Shown here one piece after another: positions 40,113 to 55,870 of a DNA stretch of 64,000 nucleotides. The translations under genes were made by a program, and so were the position numbers. The stretch is from Eledone cirrhosa (Eukaryota). The stretch spans positions 75,578,001 to 75,642,000 of the forward strand of contig OZ024747.1 of NCBI GenBank assembly GCA_964016885.1, read 5' to 3'. Positions within the stretch are counted from its first letter, which is position 1, and every line of letters starts with the position of its first letter. The notes below the pieces were generated by a model. That model was given only the letters and a program-made list of their open reading frames with translations. It searched no databases and was not told where the DNA came from.

Positions 40113-42554
40113 AATATTAATTAAGATAGGAATTGAAACGAGGCTTTTCTAACCAATTTAAAAAATGTACTTTGTACTAATGAATTAATATTTCATAGCA
40201 GTGTAGTTATGATTATAATTACAACTCTTTAAAAGCAATTCATTATCAATTTAGTTTTAGTTACATTAACGATACAACGGCAGTGTCGTTAGAGATGTAT
40301 GTGTTCTAGCTCTGTGTTTTTAGTTCAAATTTAGTCAAGGTAAACTTTGCCTTTTATTCCTTCTGTGTCGATAAATAAAGTACCAGTTCAACAACTTTGA
40401 TGACAAGGGCAAGAATTATATAGATGGTAGAGATTTAGCACTCACACCCATTAGAATATTTGACGGTGCAATGAGAAAGCTTCTATGAATTCGCTCGTCC
40501 TTCTAGAATTCTCTCTTAATCATAATCTACAATTTAAAAAAAAAAAAAGGAGGTATATATGGATAGATATAGTCATTGATAATAATAAATAAACAAACGG
40601 GCTGGTGATGGCTTTGATAACTTTGATCATAAGTCAGTGGGATCGTGCGTGAAATTGAGATTTTTAAATTTTATTTTTTATCTTTAGGATCATCATATGC
40701 TGATTATTTAGAAATTTTCCAGCAAAACAATAAAACATTGGAATTAATTATAGATTTGAAATAAATCTACGAATTCAAAATTTAATAACCGTGCCGAAAA
40801 ACTCCACCGTATTAAAATAGTTACAACGAATTTCATATACGAAACAGAAATGATGGTGGGTTGGGTTGGGTGGGGTGCTATAGTTAGAATTTCTTTAAAA
40901 AAAAAAGAAGTAATTTGAGAAGGCCTGGACTAAACAACAATGTCAACAATAACAACAATGTAAATAATAACAACAATAACTAATTCAATGATTGTAAAGT
41001 TTCAGCTTGTTAGTAGTTGGTACGAGATAAAAAAGTAAAACAAAAAATAATAACCAAAACATCACGTCACTATCAGCAGTATCAGTAGTAGTAGATCATC
41101 GTGTTATTGGGATGATTTATCTCCTCATAAAAGTGGTGCAAAAATAGAGTAGAAAGAACTATCTACATTGGAAATGTAGATAGTTCTTAAACACATTTTT
41201 CGTGCTTGTAAATCACCTCAAATTGGCGTCGAATTGGAAGAGTCGTTAGAACGTCGGGTAGATTGCTTTACGATATTCATTTCGGATCCCTGCTCTCTGA
41301 TTTCAAATCCTGCCAAGGGAAGACTTTGCCTTTATAATGGTCGATAAAAAGCGTACCAATCACTCTAGTACTGGGATCGATTCTTCTATATCTCTTTCTT
41401 ACTTCCATTCTCTCATTCTTTTTATCCTTTTCTGGAAGAAATCTGCTGTATTCAGACCTGGAAAGGAGATAGGCTCCGCCTGGCTTAAACATTCCCTAGA
41501 AACGCCATATGTTACTACGGTGCCCCTACGACACCCCCAGAAGTTTCGGGGCCATACATACAGATCATCTCCAATTAGACAACACATTACACGTTCTCAA
41601 CGAAATTTCAAACTTACAGTGGAACTGTTGATAACAAGTTAATTAAAGATACGCGGGCAAAGTCATAGTTTATGAGCCTTATATGATTCAGTTGATTTAG
41701 GATCAACTAATATTCAAGATTTCCCTCATACTACATAAAGGTATCTATTCTGGTTAATGATTGTGTAGAGTTGTTAGTGGAATCAACGTCGTTTACTTTT
41801 GATAGACATGTATGAAGAAATCCAGTGGAATTATTTGCGCAGAAAACATTCAACTTTCCCACAAGCAAATCTCCATTGTTTAACATAGTGAGATTAAAAA
41901 AAAAGTTTTGAATCCTGTTTCCCGTGACAGCTTGGCACTGATGAGATGATCCGGATAACGTTTGTCCAACTTCAAAATAACAGAAAAGAACATTAGGAAT
42001 GCTGCCATCAGAGATACGGTAATGGTATAGCTTAATATGCGATAAGCTTAGGGCAGTGGCAACAACTAAACAAGAACAGTTTTGGACTAAAAGGAATTGT
42101 AGTATTTTGATTGATACCTTCAGTGTTGAGTTCGAACATTACAACAATTGACTTGGCCTATATTTCTATGGAATTTAATAAAGTAACTACCAGGAGTCGA
42201 GTCACCTAACAGACGTTAAGCTAATCATTGGGCTGAGGCCACCAACAGCTTTCGATTCTCAGCTGTAGTCATTTTATATCTTTTATTCACTCTTACTGAG
42301 AAATATTCTTGTAAAAAGCAGTAACACCAGTTACTAATAGATTTGAAAAAGGGGCGGATAGGCCGTTACATTATTCGTTCAAATCCTTCCAACATCAACT
42401 TTGCTATATATTCCTCCGGGGTCACTAAAATAAAGGAGCGGCCATATAATCGAATTTTTCCCTCTCTCTTCAAAACATGGAAGAAATCTCTTAATGGAGA
42501 CTGGGTAACCTGCGCAGATGTGAACCTTAACCACAACAGCAATACTAATGGTTT

Positions 42555-43001
42555 CTAAATAGACACAAGGTTAACAATTTGCAGACTGGGCTAAAACTCG
42601 ATTACACCATCCTTAGTATTTTACTGACATTTTATTTTATTGACACCGTAAAGATTGAAAGCAAATATGAACTTGGCCGGATTTGAACTCAGATCGGGTC
42701 TTAACTACATGCCGCAAAGCATATTTCCGAAAGCTCTAATGATTTTGTCAATCCTCCACCCTAACAAGGGCAATAATAATTGTTTCTACTTTAGGCACAA
42801 GGGCAGCAATTTGAAGAGGAGGGGGAAACCGATTAAATCGACCCCAATATATTACTGGTGCTTTATTTTATTGATCCCGTAAGAATGAAAGGCAAAGCTA
42901 ACCTCGGTGGGATTTAAAAGCAGAAGTAAAGGGCCATAACTCTATGCTGCAAAGCACTGTATCTAATATGACGCTCTACCGATACTGCCAATCTACCGCC
43001 T

Positions 43002-43038
<37 letters not shown>

Positions 43039-43185
43039 TGTTTCTACTTTAGGCACAAGGCCAGCAATACCCAGTACATTACTGGTACTTTATTTTATCG
43101 ACCCCGTAAGGATGAAAGGCAAAGTAAACCTCGGCGGGATTTGAACTCAGAATGTAAAGGGACGTAACTATGCTAGAAAGCATAA
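42555..43185 (-). mobile_element. Tandem array of three SINE family 1 copies (a further copy at about 44190-44320)
   Basis: Repeated reverse-complement core separated by (AAT)n. Confidence 0.8.
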
Positions 43186-43207
43186 TAATAATTGTTTTGG
43201 CAATACT

Positions 43208-44180
43208 TTCTTTATTAACCACAAGGGTCTACATAAAGTAGACATTAAGGACAGTACAGGACAATACAGGGCGGTACAAATGGGCATTTCTGCGTGTAAA
43301 AAACAAGAGAGGATGTAATAATAGAACAATGAAAAAATTCCCCAATAGGGGGGAGACTTCCGAGGGACATTCGTGGAGAAAGCCCATTATAAAGCCACAG
43401 TGACCCTGACCACCAGGGCAAGTGCCCTCTCCCAGTTTTCAACCTTTAATTTACAGACACTCGGGCCATTCTTGCCTCTCTCACCCATCTTTCAACAAAA
43501 TGCTGGGAAGATAGCACTTCCCTTTCTACCCTGATTTTCCTTTTCAAATGAAATTTGAAAAAGTTAATCAGGGCATCACCGAAGAGGTAAGTGCTCGTCT
43601 TCAGCCCTTTCAAACGTGTCCACCATACTATCTCTTTCCCCATGGCCACCAGACAGATAAACACTGCCTGCCCTTCCCGGCTAAAGGAAGAGGGCGGGGC
43701 AATCCTCACGATGGACTCAGCTGATAGCCGGATCCGTCCTACACGCGACAGCAGGTGTTCGACATAAACCCACAAGTCAGCAATGCTCGGACACTGGACG
43801 AGTGCGTGCAGGACGGTTTCGTCGCCCTGCGCTCATTTCGGACATGCCCGGCTGACGGCACCTCCATGCCTGTAGAGTTTTATCCCGAACTGGCAAAGCT
43901 CCTCGGTAGCACTGCCAGGCCAGGGATTTCTGGAAGTTGTCCATAGGCCCCGGACCGAAAGTTCTTTCGAAGAGGTTGGCTAGTTGATTTTCGTCGACGC
44001 CTAGAGTTTCTCCAAGTACGTCGTCGCTCTTCCCCTCCACTAATCCTCTATAGAACGCCAAGGTGGAGTTTCCACCGATCACATTGCCCGATTGGTCGAG
44101 GGCTATGAGCGCCTGAAGACATTCCAGTCTCCAAGCGCTCCCTCTCGGTCTTCGCTTGACCCAGGACTGCAGCTCCGTCA
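43208..44180 (-). pseudogene. Second, diverged 5'-truncated Tx1-like ORF2 3' fragment with frameshifts
   Basis: [52 protein letters not shown] matches the C-terminus of the 29567-31397 ORF. Confidence 0.9.
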
Positions 44181-44936
44181 AAATAATAATTGTTTTTACT
44201 TTGGGCACAAGGCCAGCAATTTTGGGGAAGGGGAAAATCAATTAAATCGACCCCAGTACGTTACTGGTACTTTATTTTATCAACCCCGTAAGGATGAAAG
44301 GCAAAGTTAACTTCGGCGGAATAATAACAATAACATCAACGCATTTCAATTCCTATTAGAGCTTGACTATCTAATTAACCCATTCCAATATTTGACAGTC
44401 GTCTTAGTTGAACATTGCTTCTATATTTAAATGCTGGCTGGTTATGAACCATTTCATATTTCTTTGCTCTGCTTCACTTCTCAAACTTAGGCAACAAAAT
44501 CACCAATTTTAGCATCGCATATCATACAACTTCGCAGAACTTTCACTCACTTGTTTCCAGTTTTATTGGCAAATTACTGATAAGTGAGTCAGCTAGTTTA
44601 GTTTACAGTGAAGAGACTCTAACTCAACTAATTTTTTCTCCTAAATGATTTTCAGAAATTGCTTTCGTGGGTGATAATTGCTCTTAAATAAATTTCAAGA
44701 TTTCCAGATATTGATACTGACTGAGACGAATCCCACAACGCATTTTACATAAATTGCAATATATATGTACGGCAGCACTCATCTTTTTCCATTTCTCCGA
44801 GGGTTATAAACCCCACTATCAGGCTAGAAATTTCTTTAGTCTAAAATACGGTGAAAGCTTATAATTTCTAATTTCTAATTTCAAACTCGCGGACCGTTTC
44901 AAAAACATACTTACATGTTTACGTTTATAATTTGCT

Positions 44937-44978
<42 letters not shown>

Positions 44979-45204
44979 TGTGTGTGTATACACACACACA
45001 CACACAAATGTTATAGTTTTCAAAATTTCGGAATTTTTTAACGTACTAGAAACATGTATTCAAGTAGATTTTAACAGATGGAATTGATATCTTCAATAAA
45101 TTGACATCTTAATTTATCTAACGTAAATGTAAGTTTTGCAAATTTCCAAATGCTGAGGATTCCTTCACTTAACCATTCCATATAGTTTCCGATACTTGAC
45201 GCTG

Positions 45205-45315
<111 letters not shown>

Positions 45316-45523
45316 CGTTTCTGAATTTGTTTAGCAAGATTCTTTATCTGAAAACGTGTGTTGAAACCGGTATTGTTATACTTTGGGAGGGTCATGTTGC
45401 CAATAAGAAACACACGCACCAGTTGCTTTCACTTCAATTTATTATAATAAATTTATAAATTTAGGAATTTATAAATTTCCGGTTGGTTGGTTGGTTCCAC
45501 AACCAGATGATTGTTTATATACT

Positions 45524-45566
45524 GTCAAAGTTCTTTCGTCACACATTCTGTGACCTCTTCAGTGAC
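45524..45566 (-). ncRNA. Type I HHR, canonical core (family A-related element about 45311-45640 in (TA)n)
   Basis: Minus strand: GTCA-CTGAAGA-G-GTCACA GAATG TGTGAC-GAAA-G AA C-TT-TGAC. Confidence 0.75.
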
Positions 45567-45638
45567 TGGGGATTCTTTTCTTTGTTTTTGTGCCTCTCCT
45601 TTGTTCTGTCCTACGCCATTTTGTTTTTGTGTGTGTTC

Positions 45639-45674
<36 letters not shown>

Positions 45675-46293
45675 GATATATTAACAAATGGAAACTATAT
45701 TTATAAAACCATATTTATTTCATTATACATATTTCAAGGAGACCAAGTTAAATTATATATATATATCTACCGAGCTAGCGATCTGTTTGTCTGTCTGTCT
45801 GTCTGTTTGTGTCTATCTCACATTCTTTCTTTAATTCTCCCTATTTCTCTTTCGCAACCCTTCTCCTTTTCCTCCCCCTCTCTTTCTTTCTCCAGTAATT
45901 TGACTAAATTCGGAAATCTAGGACCACAGTTGATTTGTACTCCAGTATATCTATGTACATAGGAATATTACATTACATATGTACTTATATTTACATTCTC
46001 GAACAAAAACCCATTTACATACATATGCCAGCAGGACTTTCAGGGGACAACAGCAATAACCCGAACGTAGCATATTACTGAATGGAAACTGCACGAATAA
46101 TTAAAAATAATTTTAATACATTTTATTTTTGTTATTTTATTGATCTTATTTTCTGTAATAGATGCCTGGTGGGGTGGTAATTGTTACATAATAGTTACCA
46201 TCGAAATCCGTATAACAGCGCTTCTGTAATCATTAAAAAGAGGTAAATTCTATCCTACTGGCTTCTACGTCGTTGTACACAAAATATACCAAG

Positions 46294-46386
<93 letters not shown>

Positions 46387-46389
46387 TAT

Positions 46390-46600
46390 AAAGAAGGAAG
46401 TGTTGTAAGGAACCAGGTGTACCATAACGCACCAGGGTACTCGATACTTTGGGTAGTAGAGTGGGTAATGGGAAAAGGTTCAGGACCCCGACGGCAGAGC
46501 TGAAGCCGTTTCGACGGCTATTTCTGGACCTATTTCAGTCCAAAAATAGCCGTCGAAACGGCTTGAGCTCTGCCGTCGGAGTCCTGACTATTTTCCTATA
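46390..46600 (-). mobile_element. Hairpin family B
   Basis: Tail on the left and a long palindrome centred on CTATTTCA, with (TA)n flanks. Confidence 0.8.
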
Positions 46601-46684
46601 TATATATAGTTCTTATATATTTGATATATATTTATCCTTATCGAGCCCTCTTTGGATTTTAGTCTTCAAATTTATTATTATTAC

Positions 46685-46716
<32 letters not shown>

Positions 46717-46798
46717 AAGCATAGATATTTTGCATATATATATTATATATATGCATATATATTTTGCATATATATTTAGATGCATAGATATTGTGTGC

Positions 46799-46846
<48 letters not shown>

Positions 46847-47356
46847 ATGTGCGTGTGTGTATGTGTGTGTGTCAGTGTGCACAAACTCACACACATCACA
46901 TACATAAATATATTCATATTTACTTACATTCGTAGTCAGTGGATATTATTAGATCTCTTTTCATATTTCCGAAACTGTAACTAACTCTAATTCTCTAGAA
47001 TAACATCACTTAGTTGACTGACTTTTCCTTTAATGAACCTAGAACACTCTTAAACTGTTTAACCTTTACTCTTCTACATGAATTCTCCCTAATTTCAAAG
47101 GTAACGAAATGCCAAATGACTTATCAGATTTCCGTTTAATTATGTTTCTTTGCTACGTATATTTTCTATTTCATACTCTTTATAATTTTTCTATAATTTT
47201 CCACCACAGAACAAAATCATGCAATGAAACAGTTTTTCATTGCAGACACATTCCATATTGTGAATTTCAATATATCTATATATCTATATTTCTATATCTT
47301 CTAGGAGAGTTTACTCTTCGTATTGCAGCAAAATACACTGACATTCACAAACACAT

Positions 47357-47398
<42 letters not shown>

Positions 47399-47484
47399 TC
47401 ACACGCACACACACAAATATATATACTCACACAAACATTCATCTCTCTCTTTCTCTTTCTCTCACTTTCTCTCTCCTCTCCCTC

Positions 47485-47602
<118 letters not shown>

Positions 47603-47728
47603 GCAACAAGATTGTAAACTTTCTTATCACATCCAAAAATCATTAAAGATTTTCAGCAAGAAAGAAGCACACAGCTCATTTGACATTCAATTGACTGTAA
47701 ATTATGTTGTTATATATATATATATATA

Positions 47729-47800
<72 letters not shown>

Positions 47801-47894
47801 TGTGTGTGTGCGTGTGTGCGTGTGCGCGCGCGTGTGTGTGTGTGTGTGTGTGTGTATATTTATATATATATATATCTATATATATATATATATA

Positions 47895-48075
47895 AACAAG
47901 TAAGACCCCGACGGCTGAGCTCAAGCCGTTTCGACGGCTAATTCTGAATTAGCCGTCGAAACGGCTTGAGCTCAGCCGTCGGGGTCTTACTTGTTCCTAT
48001 TACCCACTCTACTACCCTAAGTATTGAGTACTTTGGTGCGTTATGGTCCACCTTGTTCCTTACCACATTTCCTTC

Positions 48076-48080
<5 letters not shown>
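47895..48080 (+). mobile_element. Hairpin family B
   Basis: Perfect palindrome AACAAGTAAGACCCCGACGGCTGAGCTCAAGCCGTTTCGACGGCTAATTC-T-GAATTAGCCGTCGAAACGG...GTCGGGGTCTTACTTGTT plus tail. Confidence 0.85.
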
Positions 48081-48126
<46 letters not shown>

Positions 48127-48129
<3 letters not shown>

Positions 48130-48621
48130 TAGATTAATCTACCAAAATATACGGTAGTGTCCAATCCGTATGAAGAACTCAATGTAATCCAAATATCATG
48201 AAAAGAGAAGATGCATTCAAAAATTTTCGATGAAAATCATAGGAAGACAGAGTCAAGATAAATTAATATAAACAATGAATAAAAACAAAGAACAAGTTCC
48301 TTATATTAAAAAATTCATCATTTTACGATCGTTTCTAGGATATATATGTGTGTTGGTATGTATATCATAGAGATCTATGTAAAAATATTACAAACTATCA
48401 GAGGAAATATACATACCTTCACATATATATATATGCTGTCTTCAGAAATATATATGTGAAGGTATGTATATTTCCTCTGATAGTTTGTAATATTTTTACA
48501 TAGATCTGTATGATATACATACCAACACACATCTAGACACATATCCTAGAAACGATCGTAAAATGATGAATTTTTTTAATATAAGGAACTTGTTCTTTGT
48601 TTTTATTCATTGTTTTTATTA

Positions 48622-48627
<6 letters not shown>
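48127..48627 (-). mobile_element. Fold-back HHR element (family E) in (TA)n
   Basis: Inverted arms of about 170 bp (48258-48432 and 48449-48627) and an extra tail at 48127-48257. Confidence 0.8.
48320..48449 (-). ncRNA. Type I HHR with canonical core and very long stem II region
   Basis: Minus strand: ATTT-CTGAAGA-CAG...CTA-GAAA-CGATCG-TA-AAAT, with palindromic stem III. Confidence 0.65.
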
Positions 48628-48682
<55 letters not shown>

Positions 48683-48711
48683 TCAAATTTATTATTATTA
48701 CTATTATTATA

Positions 48712-48742
<31 letters not shown>

Positions 48743-48769
48743 TATATATACACACACACACACAAACAC

Positions 48770-48870
<101 letters not shown>

Positions 48871-49758
48871 TATATGTGTGTGTGTATCTATCTATCTATA
48901 TATATATATATATATATGTAACATTATAATATTTAGACTTTACATATCATGTTAGATGTCTGTATATTTTTTTCTGTAACATCATATATTTTCTGTAACA
49001 TCATAATTGTTCCCTGTACCATTATAGTTTTTTTGAGTATTATATTATATGATTTATATTTCCTCATTTATTATGTAACCCAGTATGAATCATTTTGTAC
49101 ATATTGTTTATGGTAATTGTTAATATAATGTTAACATTTTATCATTGTATTTCATTGTGACATCTATATTGTTTCTGTAAATTAACCGGGGATTATCTAT
49201 TCTACTTTATTATATTGTATTGAATTATATAATTTTATTTGTTATAAGTGTTTCTTGTAATAATATCATATTATTGCCTCATGTATATTGGGTAGATGTA
49301 TTAGTATTATTTTCACTATTACCATGCTTATTTTTAATATTCAAACTTCTAATAGGGCTTAATTTCTGTGTAATAGAAAATAGATATGTGTATTGTTATA
49401 TGTCTGTGTGTGTGTGTGTGTGCGCACATATATACATGTATATATTGTACCTTTTGATTTTTAATTCGGAATTTTAATGTTGGTATAAATATATTATTAT
49501 TATAATGTATTATATTGTGTTATATATAATTCCTGCTCTATATAACCAAATTTGTTTAGATATAGGTTGGTGGCTTTGGACTATATTTGTAATATGGTTC
49601 TTAATGTTATCAACATCCTTAGTTATTATAATTTTATTATTTTTATCTTTATTTTCATTTTTATTATCGTATATCTAAAGACATTAGTGTATGTACACTC
49701 CATATTCTTCAGAGTTTCTGGCTTGTATCTGCCGATATTACCTCTTGTTGTTTTGATT

Positions 49759-49796
49759 GCCCTGATGAGTCCTTAATAGGACGAAACATTGTCGGC
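49759..49796 (+). ncRNA. Minimal type I HHR, fully canonical
   Basis: GCC-CTGATGA-GTCCT TAAT AGGAC-GAAA-C ATT G-TC-GGC, followed by a ~150-nt tail and then (TA)n. Confidence 0.88.
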
Positions 49797-49943
49797 TAAT
49801 AAAAACTTTTGATGTATTAAAGGATTCTTTGTTTTACTCTCTTAATTTTTTGGCTCTGTTTAACTGCATTGAGCTATACCTTTTACTGTCATTTCTATAA
49901 TACGAAGAGGGTGTTTGACTCAAACACGCTCCAGTATTCTAAT

Positions 49944-50029
<86 letters not shown>

Positions 50030-50817
50030 TTCGTTTTTTAATTTGTTCTGCAAGATTTCTTATGTGTAAACGTGTGTTGAAATAGATATTTTTATAGTTT
50101 GGGAGGGTGATGCTGCCAAATAGAACACAAGCACTTGTTGCGTTTCACTGAAGTAAATTGACATGTAATGCTTTCTCTGGGGTTCGAACACATGACGGTG
50201 CAATCCTGAGATCAATATTCTAACCATTAGTCTGTACTTCATATTTATAGCTATAGAGGTATTTTTAAAAGGAATGAAAAAGATGAGCATCGATTTAGGG
50301 TCAAGAAAGGTCGAACAAGTGTAAATTCAGCGTTTACCTTGATTGAAAGAAAACAAGATATACAAACAAGATATTCTTGCCACAATATATTCTAAAGTAT
50401 TAAAGAAGAATTGGTTGAAGCTTGTTTGGTTGAGTTTATTAGCCACTTCAACTGGCAAATATCCTTTCTCTTTTATCTTTTAATTCATCACAGAGATGTT
50501 AAGCAAATAATAGAACATGGTTCTATAACAATATTAGTGAAGAGGAGAATAGCCATATTGGGAATAGTGTAGTGTCTCACATTGTTGATTCAGATTGAAT
50601 TTCTTTTTTTGTGATTGCATTTTATATCACTAAGTATGTATGTATGTATGTATGTATGTATGTATGTATGTATGTATGTATGTATGTATGTATGTATGTA
50701 TGTATGTATGTATGTATGTATGTATGTATGTATTTATGTACGTTTATATGAGTGCATGTGAGTGTGAACTAGCGAAATGTTACTCTTTCTTCCTAGTCAA
50801 CACCGGGTAGCCATCTA

Positions 50818-50938
<121 letters not shown>

Positions 50939-51162
50939 TCTCAGTGCTACTATAGATGTGTGTACAATCTACGTATATATAAGGTTAACTCTCTGAACCA
51001 AAAACATGAGCAGAAAATATAAAAGAGGAGACAGACAGAAAAACAACAAAACAGAAAGACGACTGAACACAATGATAATAATAATATTAATAATTATAAT
51101 AACAATAATAACAATAACTTAATAATAAGAGAGACAGATGGAGTATGAGAGAGATAGTGAGT

Positions 51163-51231
<69 letters not shown>

Positions 51232-51567
51232 AGGTAGTGAAAGAAAAAAAAATGAATAAGATCCGAATATATTTTTGCCTTATTCGAATGTATAAAAGAA
51301 ATATTCTGTTATTTCCAACAATGAAAATAACAGAGTAGATAAATTGGCAGGACAAACTTCATTATTCAACATCCCACAATGCACTTGTGTTTTTGAATAT
51401 TAATTTCATGTGAGTACTTCAACGATCAAAGAACTCATGCAATAAACACAGAAAATATCTCTTCAAAACCACAATCATACTTTAGTTTTACAATTCTTAG
51501 AATGAAAAACAGACTCTCTCACCCCCACCTCTCTGTCTTCCCCCTCTCTCACTCTCTCTTTCACTGT

Positions 51568-51656
<89 letters not shown>

Positions 51657-51808
51657 ATATAATCTTTTGTTTGTCTTTTTTTTCCCGACTGTTGTTCCAA
51701 TAACAAAGTTGATCTGTTGTTGAAGCAGGCTTACATTATCTGACTTTTCTCGTTTTGTCTCTACGTGTGTGTGTATACACACACACACAGTAATATATGT
51801 GTATGGTC

Positions 51809-51891
<83 letters not shown>

Positions 51892-51893
51892 AC

Positions 51894-51925
<32 letters not shown>

Positions 51926-52085
51926 ATACATATATATATATATGTATATGTATATGTATGTATGTGTGTGTTTGTGTGTGTGTATGCAGACAAATATACA
52001 GATGTATAGAGATTTGTATGCGACAAAAAAAAACAGAAATACAATTGTATGCATATATGGTTGTATTATATGTATAAATATATAT

Positions 52086-52142
<57 letters not shown>

Positions 52143-52153
52143 TATATTTGTAT

Positions 52154-52237
<84 letters not shown>

Positions 52238-52782
52238 ATATATATATATGTATATATATATATTTTATACATATAATACAACCATATATGCATACAATTG
52301 TATTTCTGTATTTTTTTTGTCGCATACAAATCTCTATACATCTGTATATTTGTCTGCATACACACACACAAACACACACAAACACACACAAACACACACA
52401 AACACACACATACATATATGTATATATGTACATAATTATATTTTTGGTTTATTTTAATTCTCTCGACGCATATCTTATTTTCTTTCATCCGCTTATGCAC
52501 CCCCCCCCCCCCTCATCATCATCACCACCGTCTCCTCCTCCCTCCTCCTCCTCCTCCTCCTCATCATCCTCCTCCTCCTTCTCCTCCTCCTCCTCCCCCC
52601 TCCTCCTCCTCTGTATCCTAATGTGTCTGCATTACATTCATTAAGTTTCATTGCTTTTCTTTTACCTGTCTTCATCTTCATGTTTTCTTATTGCACCATT
52701 CCCCTCTCCCTCCGTATCACCCTCTCTCTCCCTCTCCCTCTTCCTCTCTCTTTCCCTCTTTCTCCTCCAATCTCAGTTATCC

Positions 52783-52824
<42 letters not shown>

Positions 52825-52886
52825 TATATATATATATATATTTGCAAGGTTTTTGATATGAAATCGTGTGGAGAAATAAATATTGT

Positions 52887-52966
<80 letters not shown>

Positions 52967-53103
52967 CGTAGGGAGAGATAGATAGATAGATAGATACATA
53001 TATATATTGTCGGTTTTAGTCTTAAACTCATTGCCCCATCCCAATCCGCTGGTAATCTCTCTCTCTCCTCCCAATCTTTCAATCATTATTTATCTTACTC
53101 CAA

Positions 53104-53495
53104 GGGCGGTGGATTGGCAGTATCGGTAGAGGGTCGGACGCCATGCTTTCCAGCATAGTTACGTCCCTTTATGATCTGAGTTCAAATCCCGCCGAGGTTG
53201 ACTTTGCCTTTCATCCTTACGGGGTCGATAAAATAAAGTACCAGTAATGCACTGGATAATTACTGGCCTTGTGCCTAAAGTAGAAACAATTATTTATCTT
53301 ACTCTTAGTGGATTGGCAATATCGGTAGAGGGTCGGACGCCATGCTTTGACGCATGGATTCACGGCCCTTGCCATTCTGAGTTCAAATCCCACCGAGGTT
53401 AACTTTGCCTTTCATCCTTATGGGGTCGATAAAATAAAGTGCCAGTATTGCACTGGTTAATTCCTGGCCTTGTGCCAAAAGTAGAAATAATTATT
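53104..53495 (+). mobile_element. Two tandem SINE family 1 copies
   Basis: Best-preserved copies: GGCGGTGGATTGGCAG...GAGTTCAAATCCCGCCGAGGTTGACTTTGCCTTTCATCCTTACGGGGTCGATAAAATAAAGTACCAG. Confidence 0.85.
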
Positions 53496-54770
53496 TATCT
53501 TACTCTTCTTCCATATTTATCTATATTTACTCCAACATTTCTTACATACATTTCTCAATCATTCTGTCATATCTCTAATTTATCAGCAATTCTCTCCCCT
53601 TTTCTCATCCTTCTCTATCCAAGCACTGATACTTTCTGTTATTTCTCCTTCACATCGTTTTCTATTTATCACAAACTTTCAACCTTAATGTATTCCTTTA
53701 CAAATATCTATTCATTATGTCCCTCTATCATATCCCATCACTTTCCAATTATTCTCACCAATCCCCTCTTCCATTTTTGCTCTGCGTAATCCCTCGTCTT
53801 AGACGAAAATAACTGTCAGAATCACCCACAAGTTACACCCAAGTGTTTAAAACACGGAAGAAGACACGTTAGATGACAAGATTCTGAAACATTGCATATA
53901 AGAGTTCAGTGCAATCGGTAAATCCATTTGCGGTATGGAGAACCAATTAGGGGTGACATCTCTGTCTGATGCCTTCCCCACCTCTCCTCTCCTAAAAAAA
54001 ATCTTCATTACTTTTGAATTTTAAATGGAGTTCTTCAATCGATGGTCCGAAAGCAGCCATGCTCTGCCTAGAACAAATTTAGTTTCTGGTTCAATGTCCT
54101 AGAGACACTTTGCAAAATAAGTAAAGAAAACAAAGAGGGAAATTCTTCACAGTTAAAATAATTTAATCATAGAATAAAAAAGGTCTACTCGATCATGGCT
54201 GACATTGGAGCTAAACTACAAGGAATTAACCGGCCAAGCATCTATATGTTATTCCGTGCTGCAATCTATGTTTAGAGCAACTCTTTTGATCAGTGTGTCT
54301 ATAGTCATCTTAGAAAGCTGATAAATCTACCTACATATCTTTATTATAATTTATGTATTCGCCTTTCGTTCTTCATATGCAAATATCTCAGCTATAAACA
54401 TTACCAAATGTCAACCATTTATCATGGTTCTTGAACATTGCATTCATTTACAACTATTTCTAGTATGTATGTCTGCGCACACAGGTACAAATATATGCAC
54501 ATACATATAGATATTTGCATATGCGTTTCTGTAGACATATGTAAGGAAGTTTATATCTGTATATTTATGTTTATAGATATGCATACACATAAAAATATGT
54601 ATATACGTAACTATAATGTAAGTATCGTTGTGTATACGTATATAAACACATACAAGTAAGCTCATACAGCACATACTTATATCACACACACACTATCGTA
54701 ACAAGACTTTTGCATACTAAATGAAGAGACGAATATTACAAAAAGTAGAGTTAAATATATATGTTTATAT

Positions 54771-55535
<765 letters not shown>

Positions 55536-55547
55536 ATATATATATAT

Positions 55548-55722
55548 AACGAAGGAAGTGTGGTAAGGAACCAGAGTACTCAATACTTAGAGTAGTAGAG
55601 TGGGTAATAGGAAAATGGTTAAGCCCGACGACAGAGCTCACGCCGTTTCGACGGCTATTACTGGATCAGAAATACCCGTTGAAACGGCTTGAGCTCTGCC
55701 GTCGGGGTTAAACATTTTCCTA
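55548..55722 (-). mobile_element. Hairpin family B
   Basis: Same palindrome and tail, more diverged, with (TA)n flanks. Confidence 0.75.
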
Positions 55723-55807
55723 TATATATATATATTTATAAACTCGTATTACCGCCTGAAGAAAGCCCACTATTTTGAGGTATGGTTTGCTAATTTGTTA
55801 TGGAAGT

Positions 55808-55859
<52 letters not shown>

Positions 55860-55870
<11 letters not shown>

